A stretch of DNA of 64,000 bases, from assembly GCA_030390025.1 (NCBI GenBank), contig CM059431.1:136898001-136962000 (forward strand). The letters run 5' to 3'. How positions within the stretch are numbered: the stretch's first letter is position 1; every line of letters begins with the position of its first letter. This stretch comes from Squalus acanthias. Taxonomy: Eukaryota. Below the pieces are notes generated by a model, which did no database searches, had not been told where the DNA came from, and saw nothing but the letters and a program-made list of their open reading frames with translations. A program made the position numbers and the translations under genes. This document shows, in pieces, positions 26,801 through 39,516 of this stretch.

Positions 26801-29800
26801 GTGGGAACCCGTGGGACTGGGATCTGGCAGAGTGTGGTAACCCGTGGGAATGGGAACTGGCAGAGTTCGGAAACCCGTGAGACTGGGATCTGGCAGATTG
26901 TGGGAAACTGTGGGACTGGGATCTGGCATAGTGTGGGAACACTTGAGACTGGGATCTGGCAGAGTGCGGAAACCCGTGGGATTGAAAATTAGCAGAGTGC
27001 GGAAAACCGTGGGACTGCGAACTGGCAGAGTGCAGTAATCCGTTGGACTGGGAAGTGCCAGAGGTTGGGAACCCGTGGGACAGGGAAGTGCCAGAGTGTG
27101 GGAAACCGTGGGACTGGGAACTGGCAGAGTGCGGGAACCCGTGGGACTGGGAAATGGCAGAGTGCTGGAACCCGTGAGACTGGGATCTGACAGAGTGCGG
27201 TAACCCGTTGGACTGGATACTGGCAGAGTGTGGGTACCCGTGGGACTGGGAACTGGCAGAGTGCTGGAACCCGCGAGACTGGGATCTGACAGTGTGCGGG
27301 AACACGTGGGACTGGAAACTGGCAGAGTGCTGGAACCCGTGGGACTGGGATCTGGCAGAGAGTGGGAACTCATGAGACTGGGATCTGGTAGAGTGCGTGA
27401 ACCCGTGGGACTGGGATTAGACAGATTGTGGGAACCCGTGAGACTGGGATCTGACAGATTGTGGGAACCCGTGGGACTGGAAACTGGCAGAGTGCCGGGA
27501 ACCCGTGAGACTGGGAACTGGCAGAGTGTGGGAACCCGTGGGACTGGGATCTGGCAGAGTGTGGTAACCCGTGGGACTGGGAACTGGCAGAGTTCGGAAA
27601 CCCGTGAGACTCTGATCTGGCAGAGTGTGGGAACCCGTGGGACTGGGAACTGGCAGAGTGTGTGAACCCGTGGGACTGTGAACTGGCAGAGTGCAGGAAT
27701 CCGTTGGACTGGTAAGTGCCAGAGTTTGCGAACCCGTGGGACTGGGAACTGGCAGAGTGCGGGACCCTTGGGACTGGGATTTAGCAGAGTGCGGGAACCC
27801 GTGGGACTGAGAACTGGCAGAGTGCTGGAACCCGTGAGACTGGGATCTGACAGAGTGCGGGAACCCGTGGGACTGGAAACTTGCAGAGAGTGGGAACCTG
27901 TGAGACTGGGATCTGGCAGAGAGTGGGAACCCGTGAGACTGGGATCTGGCAGAGTGCAGGAACCCATGTGACTCGAAACTGGCAGACAGTGGGAACCCGT
28001 GATACTGGGATCTGGCAGAGTGCGGGAACCCGTGGGACTGGGATCAGACAGATTGTGGGAACCCATGAGACTGGGATTTGACAGATTGTGATAACCCGTG
28101 GGACTGGAAACTGGCAGAGTGCAGCTACCTGTAAGACTGGGATTTGACAGAGTGCGGGAACCCGTGGGACTGGGAACTGGCAGGTTGTGGGAACCCGTGG
28201 GACAGGGATCTGACAGAGTGTGGGTACACGTGGGACTGGGAACTGGCAGGGTGCGGGTATCCGTGGACTGTGATCTGGCAGAGTTTGGGTACACGTGGGA
28301 CTGGGATCTGGCAGAATGCGGGAAACCGTGGGACTGGAATCTGACAGATTGTGGGAAACCTTGAGACTGGAATCTGTCAGAATGCGTGTACCAGTGGGAC
28401 TGGGAACTGACAGAGTGTGGGAACCCGTGGGACTCTGATCGGGCAGAGTGTGGGAACCCGTGAGATTCTGATCTGGCAGAGTGTGGGAACCCGTGTGACT
28501 GGGAACTGGCAGAGTGTGGGAAGCCGTGGGATTGGGATCTGGCAGAGTGTGGTAACCCGTGAGACTGGGATCAGACAGAGTGCGGGAACCGGTGAGACTG
28601 GGATCTGGAAGACTGCGGGAGCCCGTGAGACTGGGATCTGGCCGAGTGCGGAATCCCGTGAGACTGGGATCTGGCAGAGTGCGGCAGCCCGTGGGACTGG
28701 GATCTGACAGAGTGTGGGAACCCGTGAGACTGGGTACTGGCAGATTGCGGGAACCCGTGGTACTGGGATCCGGCAGAGTGCGGATTCCCGTGGGACTGGG
28801 AACTGACAGAGAGCGGGAACCCGTGGGAATGGGTTCTGGCAGAGTGTGGGAGCCCGTGGGACTGGGATCTGCAGAGTGCGGGAACCCGTCGGACTGGGAT
28901 CTAGCAGGGTGTGGGAACCCGTGGGACAGGGATCTGCCAGAGTGCGGGTACCCGTGAGACTGGGAACTGGCAGAGCGCGGGTACCCGTGAGACTGGGAAC
29001 TGGCAGAGCGCGGGAATCCGTGAGACTGGTATCTGCCAGAGAGTGGGAACCCGTGAGACTGGGATCTGGCAGAGTGTGGGAACCCGTGGGACTGTGAACT
29101 GGCAGAGTGCAGGAATCCGTGGGACTGGGAACTGGCAGAGTGTTGGAACCGGTGGGACTGGTAACTGGGAGAGTGCGGGAACCCGTGAGAATGGGATCTG
29201 GCAGAGTGCCTGAACACGTGAGACTGGTATCTGGCAGAGTGTGGGAACCCGTGGGACTGGGATCTGGCAGAGAGTGGGAACCCGTGAGACTGGGAACTGG
29301 CAGACTGCTGGAAGCCGTGAGACTGGGAACTAGCAGAGCGCAGAAATCCGTGAGACTGGTATCTGGCAGGGAGTGGGAACCCGTGAGACTGGGATCTGGC
29401 AGAGCGCCTGAACCCGTGAGACTGGGAACTGGCAGAGTGTGGGAAGCCATGGGACTGGGATCTTGCAGAGAGTGGGAACCCGTGAGACTGGGAACGAGCA
29501 GAGTGCGGGAACCCGTGAGACTGGGAACTGGCAGAGCGCGGGAATCTGTGAGACTGGTATCTGGCAGAGTGCAGGTATCCGTGGGACTGGGATCTGGCAG
29601 GGTGCGGGAATCCGTGAGACTGGGATCTGACAGAATGCGGGAACCCGTGGGACTGGGATCTGGCAGAGTGCAGGTATCCGTGGGACTGGGATCTGGCAGG
29701 GTGCGGGATCCGTCAGACTGGGATCTGACAGAATGCGGGAAACCGTGGGACTGGAAACTGGCAGAGTGCTGTAACCCGTGGAGCTGGGATCTGGCAGAGA

Positions 29801-32800
29801 GTGGGAACTCATTAGACTGGGATCTGGCAGAGTGCGGGAACCCGTGGGACTGGGATCAGACAGATTGTGGGAACCCGTGAGACTGGGATCTGACTGATTG
29901 TGGGAACCCGTGGGACTGGAAACTGGCAGAGTGCCGGGAACCCGTGAGACTGGGAACTGGCAGAGTGTGGGAACCCGTGGGACTGGTATATGGCAGAGTG
30001 TGATAACCCGTGGGACTGGGAACTGGCAGAGTTCGGAAACCCGTGAGACTCTGATCTGGCAGAGTGTGGGAACCCGTGGGACTGGGAACTGGCAGAGTGT
30101 GTGAACCCGTGGGACTGTGAACTGGCAGAGTGCAGGAATCCGTTGGACTGGGAAGTGCCAGAGTTTGCGAACCCGTGGGACTGGGAACTGGCAGAGTGCG
30201 GGAGCCCTTGGGACTGGGATTTAGCAGAGTGCGGGAACACGTGGGACCTGGAACTGGCAGAGTGCTGGAACCCGTGATACTGGGATCTGACAGAGTGCGG
30301 GAACCCGTGGGACTGGAAACTGGCAGAGAGTGGGAACCCGTGAGACTGGGATCTGGTCGAGAGTGCTGGAACCCGTGATACTGGGATCTGACAGAGTGCG
30401 GGAACCCGTGGGACTGGAAACTGGCAGACAGTGGGAACCCGTGAGACTGGGATCTGGCAGAGTGCGGGAACCCGTGGGAATGGAAACTGGCAGAGTGCAG
30501 CTACCTGTAAGACTGGGATTTGACAGAGAGCGGGAACCCGTGGGACTGGGAACTGGCAGGTTGCGGCAACCCGTGGGACAGGGATCTGACAGAGTGTTGG
30601 TACACGTGGGACTGGGAACTGGCAGGGTGTGGGAATCCGTGGACTGTGATCTGACAGAGTGCGGGTACACGTGGGACTGGGATCTGGCAGAGTGCGGGAA
30701 CCCGTGGGACTGGAATCTGACAGATTGTGGGAAACCTTGAGACTGGAATCTCTCAGAATGCTTGTACCAGTGGGACTGGGAACTGGCAGAGTGTGGGAAC
30801 CCGTGGGACTCTGATCGGGCAGAGTGTGGGAACCCGTGAGATTCTGATCTGGCAGAGTGTGGGAACCCATGTCACTGGGAACTGGCAGAGTGTGGGAAGC
30901 CGTGGGACTGGGATCTGGCAGAGTGTGCTAACCGTGAGACTGGGATCAGACAGAGTGCGGGAACCGGTGAGACTGGGATCTGGCAGACTGCGGGAGCCCG
31001 TGAGACTGGGATCTGGCCGAGTGCGGAATCCCGTGAGACTGGGATCTGGCAGAGTGCGGCAACCCATGGGACTGGGATCTGACAGAGCGTGGGAACCTGT
31101 GAGACTGGGTACTGGCAGATTGCGGGAACCCGTGGGACTGGGATCCGGCAGAGTGCTGAATCCCGTGGGACTGGGAACTGACAGAGAGCGGGACCCCGTG
31201 GGAATGGGTTCTGACAGAGTGTGTGAAGCCGTGGGACTTGGATCTGCAGAGTGCGGGAACCCGTCGGACTGGGATCTAGCAGGGTGTGGGAACCCGTGAG
31301 ACTGGGATCTGGCAGAGTGCCTGAAGCCGTGAGACTGGGAACTTGCAGAGTGTGGGAACCCATGGGACAGGGAACTGCCAGAGTGCGGGAACCCGTGAGA
31401 CAGGGAACTGGCAGAGCGCGGGAATCCGTGAGACTGGTATCTGCCAGAGAGTGGGAACCCATGAGACTGGGATCTGGCAGAGTGTGGGAACCCGTGGGAC
31501 TGGTATCTGCCAGAGAGTGGGAACCCATGAGACTGGGATCTGGCAGAGTGTGGGAACCCGTGGGACTGTGAACTAGCAGAGTGCAGGAATCCGTGGGACT
31601 GGGAACTGGCAGAGTGTGGGAACCCGTGGGACTGGGATCTGGCAGAGAGTGGGAACCCGTGAGACTGGGAACTAGCAGAGTGCGGGAACCCGTGAGACTG
31701 GGAACTGGCAGAAAGTGGGAAGCCGTGAGTCTGGGAACTGACAGAGCGCGGGAATCCGTGGGACTGGGAACTGGCAGAGTGTGGGAATCCGTGGGACAGG
31801 GATCTTCCAGAGTGTGGAAACCCAAGGACTGGGATCTGGCAGAGTGTGGGCACCCGTGGGACTGGGAGCTGGCAGAGTGCGGGAATCCGTGGGACAGGGA
31901 TCTGACAGAGTGTGGAAAACCGTGGGATTGGGGTCTGGCAGAGTGTGGGTACCCGTGAGACTGGTATCTGACAGAGTGCGGAATCCCGTGAGACTGGGAT
32001 CTGGCAGAGTGCGGCAACCCGTGGGACTGGGATCTGACAGAGTGTGGGAACCCGTGAGACTGGGATCTGGCAGATTGCGGGAACGCGTTGGACTGGGAAC
32101 TGGCTGAGTGTGGGAACACGTGAGACTGGGTACTGACAGATTGCGGGAACCCGTGGGACTGGGATCGGCAGAGTGCGGAATCCCGTGGGACTGGGAACTG
32201 ACAGAGAACGGGAACCCGTGGGAATGAATTCTGGCAGAGTGTGGGAACCCGTGGGACTGGGATCTGCAGAGTGCGGGAACCCGTCCGACTGGGATCTAGC
32301 AGGGTGTGGGAACCCGTGAGACTGGGATCTGGCAGAGTGCCTGAACCCGTGAGACTGGGAACTTGCAGAGTGCGGAAACCCGTGGGACTGGGAACTGGCA
32401 GAGTGCAGGAATCCGTTGGACTGGGAAGTGCCAGAGAGCGGGAACCCGTGGGAATGGGTTCTGGCAGAGTGTTGGTACACGTGGGACTGGGATCTGGCAG
32501 GGTGCGGGAATCCAAGGACTGGGACCTGACAGAATGTGGGTACACATGGGACTGGGATCTGGCAGAGTGCGGGAAACCGTGGGACTGGAATCTGACAGAT
32601 TGTGGGAACCCTTGAGACTGGAATCTGTCAGAATGCGTGTACCAGTGGGACTGGAAACTGGCAGAGTATGGGAATCCGTGGGACTCTGATCTGGCAGAGT
32701 GTGGGAACCAGTGGGACGGGGAACTGGCAGAGTGTGGTAACCCGTGGGACTGGGAACTGGCAGAGTGGGGAACTCGTGGGACTGGAATCTGGCAGAGTGT

Positions 32801-35800
32801 GGTAACCCGTGGGACTGGGAACTGGCAGAGTGGGGGAACCCGTGGGACTGGGAACTGGCAGAGTGGGGGAACCCGTGGGACTCTGATCGGGCAGAGTGTG
32901 GGAACCCGTGAGATTCTGAGCTGGCAGAGTGTGGGAACCCGTGAGATTCTGATCTGGCAGAGTGTGGGAACCCGTGTGACTGGGAACTGGCAGAGTGCGG
33001 GAGCCCTTGGGACTGGTATATGGCAGAGTGTGATAACCCGTGGGACTGGGAACTGGCAGAGTTCGGAAACCCGTGAGACTCTGATCTAGCAGAGTGTGGG
33101 AACCCGTGGGACTGGGAACTGGCAGAATGCGTGTACCAGTGGGACTGGGAACTGGCAGAGTGTGGGAACCCGTGGGACTCTGATCGGGCAGAGTGTGGGA
33201 ACCCGTGAGATTCTGATCTGGCAGAGTGTGGGAACCCGTGTGACTGGGAACTGGCAGAGTGTGGGAAGCCGCGGGACTGGGATCTGGCAGAGTGTGCTAA
33301 CCGTGAGACTGGGATCAGACAGAGTGCGGGAACCGGTGAGACTGGGATCTGGCAGACTGCGGGAGCCCGTGAGACTGGGATCTGGCCGAGTGCGGAATCC
33401 CGTGAGACTGGGATCTGGCAGAGTGCGGCAACCCGTGGGAGTGGGATCTGACAGAGTGCGGGAACCTGTGAGACTGGGTACTGGCAGATTGCGGGAACCC
33501 GTGGGACTGGGATCCGGCAGAGTGCGGAATCCCGTGGGACAGGGTACTGACAGAGAGCGGGACCCCGTGGGAATGGGTTCTGGCAGAGTGTGTGAAGCCG
33601 TGGGACTTGGATCTGCAGAGTGCGGGATCCCGTGGGACTGGTATCTGCCAGAGAGTGGGAACCCATGAGACTGGGATCTGGCAGAGTGTGGGAACCCGTG
33701 GGACTGTGAACTAGCAGAGTGCAGGAATCCGTGGGACTGGGAACTGGCAGAGTGTGGGAACCCGTGGGACTGGGATCTGGCAGAGAGTGGGAACCCGTGA
33801 GACTGGGAACTGGCAGAAAATGGGAAGCCGTGAGACTGGGAACTGACAGAGCGCGGGAATCCGTGGGACTGGGAACTGGCAGAGTGTGGGAATCCGTGGG
33901 ACAGGGATCTTCCAGAGTGTGGAAACCCAAGGACTGGGTTCTGGCAGAGTGTGGGATCCCGTGGGAATGGGATCTGGCAGAGTGTGGGCACCCGTGGGAC
34001 TGGGAGCTGGCAGAGTGCGGGAATCCGTGGGACAGGGATCTGACAGAGTGTGGAAACCCGTGGGATTGGGGTCTGGCAGATTGTGGGTACCCGTGAGGCT
34101 GGTATCTGACAGAGTGCGGAATCCCGTGAGACTGGGATCTGGCAGAGTGCGGCAACCCGTGGGACTGGGATCTGACAGAGTGTGGGAACCCATGAGACTG
34201 GGATCTGGCAGATTGCGGGAACGCGTTGGACTGGGAACTGGCTGAGTGTGGGAACACGTGAGACTGGGTACTGACAGATTGCGGGAACCCGTGGGACTGG
34301 GATCGGCAGAGTGCGGAATCCCGTGGGACTGGGAACTGACAGAGAACGGGAACCCGTGGGAATGAATACTGGCAGAGTGTGGGAACCCGTGGGACTGGGA
34401 TCTGCAGAGTGCGGGAACCCGTCCGACTGGGATCTAGCAGGGTGTGGGAACCCGTGAGACTGGGATCTGGCAGAGTGCCTGAACCCGTGAGACTGGGAAC
34501 TTGCAGAGTGCGGAAACCCGTGGGACTGGGAACTGGCAGAGTGCAGGAATCCGTTGGACTGGGAAGTGCCAGAGAGCGGGAACCCGTGGGAATGGGTTCT
34601 GGCAGAGTGTTGGTACACGTGGGACTGGGACCTGGCAGGGTGCGGGAATCCCAGGACTGGGACCTGACAGAATGTGGGTACACATGGGACTGGGATCTGG
34701 CAGAGTGCGGGCAAACCGTGGGACTGGAATCTGACAGATTGTGGGAACCCTTGAGACTGGAATCTGTCAGAATGCGTGTACCAGTGGGACTGGAAACTGG
34801 CAGAGTATGGGAATCAGTGGGACTCTGATCTGGCAGAGTGTGGGAACCAGTGGGACGGGGAACTGGCAGAGTGTGGTAACCCGTGGGACTGGGAACTGGC
34901 AGAGTGGGGAACCCGTGGGACTGGAATCTGGCAGAGTGTGGTAACCCGTGGGACTGGGAACTGGCAGAGTGGGGGAACCCGTGGGACTGGGAACTGGCAG
35001 AGTGGGGGAACCCGTGGGACTGGGAACTGGCAGGGTGGGGGAACCCGTGGGACTGGGAACTGGCAGAGTGGGGGAACCCGTGGGGCTGGGAACTGGCAGA
35101 GTGGGGAACCCGTGGGACTGGGAACTGGCAGAGTGCGGGAACCCGTGGGACTGGGATCTGACAGAGTGCGGGAACCCGTGGGATTGGGATCAGACAGATT
35201 GTGGCAACCCGTGGGACTGGAAACTGGCAGAGCGCGGGAACCCGTGAGACTGGGATCTGACAGATTGCGGGAACCCGTGGGTCTGGGAACTGGCAGGGTG
35301 CGGGAACCCGTGGGACTGTGATCTGACAGAGTGTGGGTACACGTGGGACTGGGATCTGGCAGGGTGCGTTAGACTGAAGAGCCAATAAAGGAATGTTTTC
35401 GTTAATTCGAACCCCACTCCTGATAGTTCAGATCGTCGATTTGTCTGATCTTTGAATGCGTCACTACTGTTTGAGTGTTTAATGAGTCTGCATTAAAACA
35501 ATCAGGTGATATAAATCTAGTGAATATTCCATGTTTTTTACCAGGCTGTTTGTTCAGATTGAATCCCACAGTCCATTATTTAGACTTACTGCTGATGACC
35601 AGGAGGCTTTCCCAATAAATCAACAAACCAACAAAAATAAATGAAACGAGACCCGAGCCATTTCCCGGCTGAATTTCCTGAGCAGATACAAGGAAAATCA
35701 GCCCAAATCCGTCCCTGGGAATTCCGGTGTAGGATCCAAACTCTCAGTAACGAGGTTCTACTCAACCCAATGGACATGGAATCGAAATTTCTTACTTTTA

Positions 35801-36336
35801 ATGTGAAGCTTACCGGATTGGCAAACATGAATGGAATGGGAAATATTAATGGATGGGAAACATGAACGGATCGGCTACAGTGAAAGGACAGATAACCGTT
35901 TATAGACCGGCAAACAACAATCGATTAAAATCTTCAAAGGTTTGGTGGATTATCAATAGATTGGAAGCAATCGATGAATCAGGGAATATCAATTCTTGGA
36001 ATGAAGAAGGAAATGTTTGAGTATGTTAATTTATTTTCGTAATACCTTGCATCTGGAAGACGCCTCTATTTGCCTGTCTCCCTGCAATAGAAGTGAGAAC
36101 TTAAAGAGTAATTAATACTGATCGCTACTCCCGGGAAAAATTGTTCGATGTTCAAAGTTTGCACAGGCAGTTTGATATTCCAGCTGAGATTCCGAGAGAC
36201 AAGGACACGGGTCAATTAATAAGCCTGGCAAACATTATTTGATTAAATATTGGAGTCTAAAAGCAAGTAGATTTTAGTGCTCGAACACAGGCTCCTGGAT
36301 TCACGGGACCGACGGGACAAATCCACTTGCACTGCG

Positions 36337-36715
36337 AAAGTGAATGGACAGATACCATCAATGGATTGGGAAAGTGAATGGACGGATACCATCAATGGAT
36401 TGGGAAAGTGAATGGACGGATACCATCAATGGATTGCGAAAGTGAATGGACGGATACCATCAATGGATTGGGAAAGTGAATGGACGGAGACCATCAATGG
36501 ATTGGGAAAGTGAATGGACGGCACCATCAACGGATTGGTAAAGTAAATGGACGGAGACCATCAATAGATTGGTAAAGTGAATGGACGGATACCATCAATG
36601 GATTGGGAAAGTGAATGGCCGGAGACCATCAATGGATTGGGAAAGTGAATGGACCGAGACCGTCAATGGATTTGTAAAGTGAATGAACGGAGACCATCAA
36701 TAGACTGGGAATGCG
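36337..36715. repeat. 34-bp tandem repeat, about 11 copies (AAAGTGAATGGACGGATACCATCAATGGATTGGG)
   Basis: AAAGTG recurs at 36371, 36405 and onward with period 34. Confidence 0.95.
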
Positions 36716-37464
36716 ACTACACAGAATCATCAGTGGATTATGGAATGGAAATGAATCGGGCGGATTAATGGATTGCCAACATCAGACGATTGGGATACAT
36801 CTGACGGATGTTCATTCACAGACCAGTCGAAATGTCGAGACTCGGATAGCCGGGCTCAGTCCTCACTGTCCGTAAAGCAGCCGTTGAGGGATTGATCCGA
36901 GTGAAGTCACAAACTGTGGTTTTACCGGGGGCGGCGCTTTGACTTAGGAGGTGAACGCTATACCCCCCTCATCACCATCCGTGCTGAAGGTTTGTGTGTC
37001 ACTGTCCAGGATTTATCAATCAACGGGGAAGTCGCTGTGCTGGGAAATCTAAGTGTTCCCGTCCTTCTCTAGCTCTGTCTTTCTCCAGGTATTTTTCATT
37101 TGTTTTATCTCCGATTTCCTCGCTCCCCTTCATCTACCCTTGTTTATGTGGAAGATTAGATTACAGATCGGGAACTGAGAGGCGTGGTGTTTCAGAGTGA
37201 GGGTCGCCGTCTCTCTCTGTCTCTCACACCCGCAAATCTGAGACTCTGAGAGACAAAGAAGAGAAGTGGTCCGGGCATTTCTCCCTCCGTCCGATTTCAA
37301 AACAGTGAATGAAAGAACGACGAGGCTTGAATAATTTCTCAGTGTGCAACGTATCCAAGTTTATGCAGAGAGATTGTCACAGGAGCTGAGACCGTGAGAA
37401 ACAAAACAGCTGGGCAAAGGTCGAGTCATTCGGAAACCATCGCCTGAAAATTCAAATTTAGCAC

Positions 37465-37536
37465 AAGCAAGGACGGGGGTCGAACCCGCGATCTTCGGTT
37501 TAAAAGTCCGATGCATTACCGCTGTGTCACCGCTCC
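37465..37536 (-). pseudogene. tRNA-Thr(CGT)-derived pseudogene, anticodon now TTT
   Basis: GGAGCGGTGACACAGCGGTAATGCATCGGACTTTTAAACCGAAGATCGCGGGTTCGACCCCCGTCCTTGCTT aligns without gaps to vertebrate tRNA-Thr-CGT. T arm intact; acceptor and D stems mispaired. Confidence 0.8.
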
Positions 37537-37818
37537 GCCTCCACGGGATCCCCGGACGTGACAGTTCAGATGTCACATTCCAGATGTCACACTCCAGATG
37601 TGACATATTGTCCAATGTTCATTTCGGAATTGAACTTTCCCCACTTGGAGCCGGCGTTCTGACCTATAGTCGACCTCCAGATGACCTGATATTGGCTTCG
37701 GTTTAAAATGTCATCGGAAAAAGCGGCACCGCCGACAGTGCGGCGGACAGAGCGGCCCCGGGGCGGGGCCGACAGCCGCCTCTCTGCTATATGTGACAAT
37801 GACGCAACAATGAAACAG

Positions 37819-37891
37819 GCCCGGCTCGCTCAGTCTGTGGAGCGTTAGATTCTCAATCTCAAGATCGTGGATTCCAGCCCCACTTTGCAAT
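37819..37891 (+). pseudogene. tRNA-Lys(CTT) pseudogene
   Basis: GCCCGGCTCGCTCAGTCTGTGGAGC...TCTCAATCTCAAGATCGTGGATTCCAGCCCCAC matches vertebrate Lys-CTT; B box and 3' acceptor strand are damaged. Confidence 0.85.
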
Positions 37892-38559
37892 GAGCTTTAT
37901 TTTGATTTCACGGCCGAATTCCAGCTCTGAATTTCCACGGCAGTGTCAACGCGGTGGAAACGGGTCTTTATCCGGCACCTTTTGCTTAATAATATAATTG
38001 CTGGTTTAAGATTCAAAACTGCCCCCGCTTCACTGTAAGTGCCAGATACAACATTGTAAATGGCAAGTAATCATATAATTATAGAATGATACAGCACAGA
38101 CGGAGGTCATTCGGCCCTTCGTGCCTGTGCCGGCTCTTTAGCAGAGCTATCCCATTAATCTCACTCCCCTGCTCTTTCCCCATAGCCATCTATTTTTCCC
38201 TTCAAGTAATGTACAATAAATGTTAAAACGGTTAAAAGGAATAGAAAGTGTTCGGGATTCCGATACATAAACATTTCTGACGGGCCTCACGAGGCAGGTG
38301 TGACGTTCCAGTCAAAACTCTGTCCGAACAAAACTGGCTGCAGTCACAGAATTAGAATGGCCCCGTCCTGTGGACCGAGAGCAGCCGGTCGACGTCGAGG
38401 AAGAACCAGAGGCGACATGTGAAACATTTTTTTTTAACACAGCGAGTTGTTGGTAATTGAGCGAACGCCCCACGAGTGTGAGGCCACCTAAACATCATTA
38501 AATCACTATTTATAAGGAAAATACTGCGAACCAGATTAAGGAGGATGGAGTAGTTTGGT

Positions 38560-39180
38560 TTACAGGTGAGTATGTGAGCGGGCAGTGTGGTGCGGGGCTG
38601 GCTGCGCACGCATTATCGGAGGGTCAGGTCCTGCGCACTATTCAATATAGCTGTGGAACTCGATCTGCAGAAGACGCGGGGCTGGCAGCGGTGTTGACGG
38701 TTAAGGAGGCACTCGGGAGAAGGAGTTGGTTATTGTGCTCGATTCAGATGATGTGTTTCTGGAATGTGCGCAGCTCCTGCAATGGTGGGCGGATCACAAT
38801 TTTATGGCCACAGATGACGGTGTGATTGAATTCGGTCCCAAGTGACAAGCTATACATGATCGGCCCGTCAGTACACGCGGGTGTCGCTTGTGAAAAAGAA
38901 GGCGCACAGGAACAAAGGTTGATTGTAAAGGATTGATTATACGGGCACTTGTCTGCTACCGCACGGGGTGAGGAGTATCTTTCGGTTGCTGTCGATATAT
39001 TCTCACGGCGGGCAGATGCTTTTCCTGCCCGCAATCGGACGGCTGAAACTAACGCGACTATAATTGTTTATGACGTCTTTACTCGGCGGGAGATCCCTCG
39101 AATAGTTGATCGTGACAATGGATCCTCATTTGTGGAGATGGTGGGAAAAGATATATTGGGTATACTAAAGATTGAACAGA
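38560..39180 (+). mobile_element. pol: Degraded LTR-retroelement/ERV pol fragment (RNase H-like piece + integrase core)
   Basis: YLSVAVDIFSRRADAFP...IPRIVDRDNGSSF resembles an rve core with its two Asp residues. Upstream AGLAA...SAEDAGLAAV resembles the RNase H SAQxAELxA motif. Confidence 0.75.
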
Positions 39181-39516
39181 ATTACACATGTTTTCTTTGC
39201 ATTTTCCTGTTAACTAGAATCTCACTCTAAAGTCTGTCTCACTAGTTCCCCAGTGCCATGGAGAGAAGCGGCGGATGCCATGATTTATTTAATGTAACAG
39301 ACAAGATAGACAAGAGGTATTGACAAGGACAAAGCGTTTTGCTTCCCGGAAATTGCCTGAACCCCTGTGGTCAATGAATGGTTTGATGGTTGGTTTCCTA
39401 ATACAACTTAGAATTCAGGAGAACTTTTTCGTGGTTTGTAGAGCAAGTTGAATACCTGGGGCGAAGCAAACAGCCGCCTCTCTGTAATAAGGGACTGTGA
39501 CGCAAAGTTAAAACAG

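Larger units (their letters stand above)
1..35368. repeat. 33-bp G-rich minisatellite array (consensus GGAACCCGTGGGACTGGGATCTGGCAGAGTGTG), interrupted by SINE/LINE insertions; continues beyond the left edge
   Basis: Unit is directly visible throughout and gives 11-aa periodicity in the translated frames (GTGIWQSVGTR, VGLGSGRVWEP, SHGFPHSARSQ). Array ends abruptly near 35368. Confidence 0.98.

Noticed and set aside
1..35368. CRISPR-like periodicity
   Set aside because: Units are contiguous with no unique spacers, there are no cas genes, and the context is eukaryotic.
1..35417. Many long ORFs (up to 1029 aa) rich in S/P/T/H or W/G
   Set aside because: They are translations of the 33-bp repeat, whose minus strand rarely forms stop codons. 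Frames switch at 32/34-bp units, so there is no sign of frame conservation, and many starts are non-ATG.
35586..35865. 74-80 aa ORFs in unique sequence after the array
   Set aside because: No recognisable domain or exon structure; length compatible with chance.
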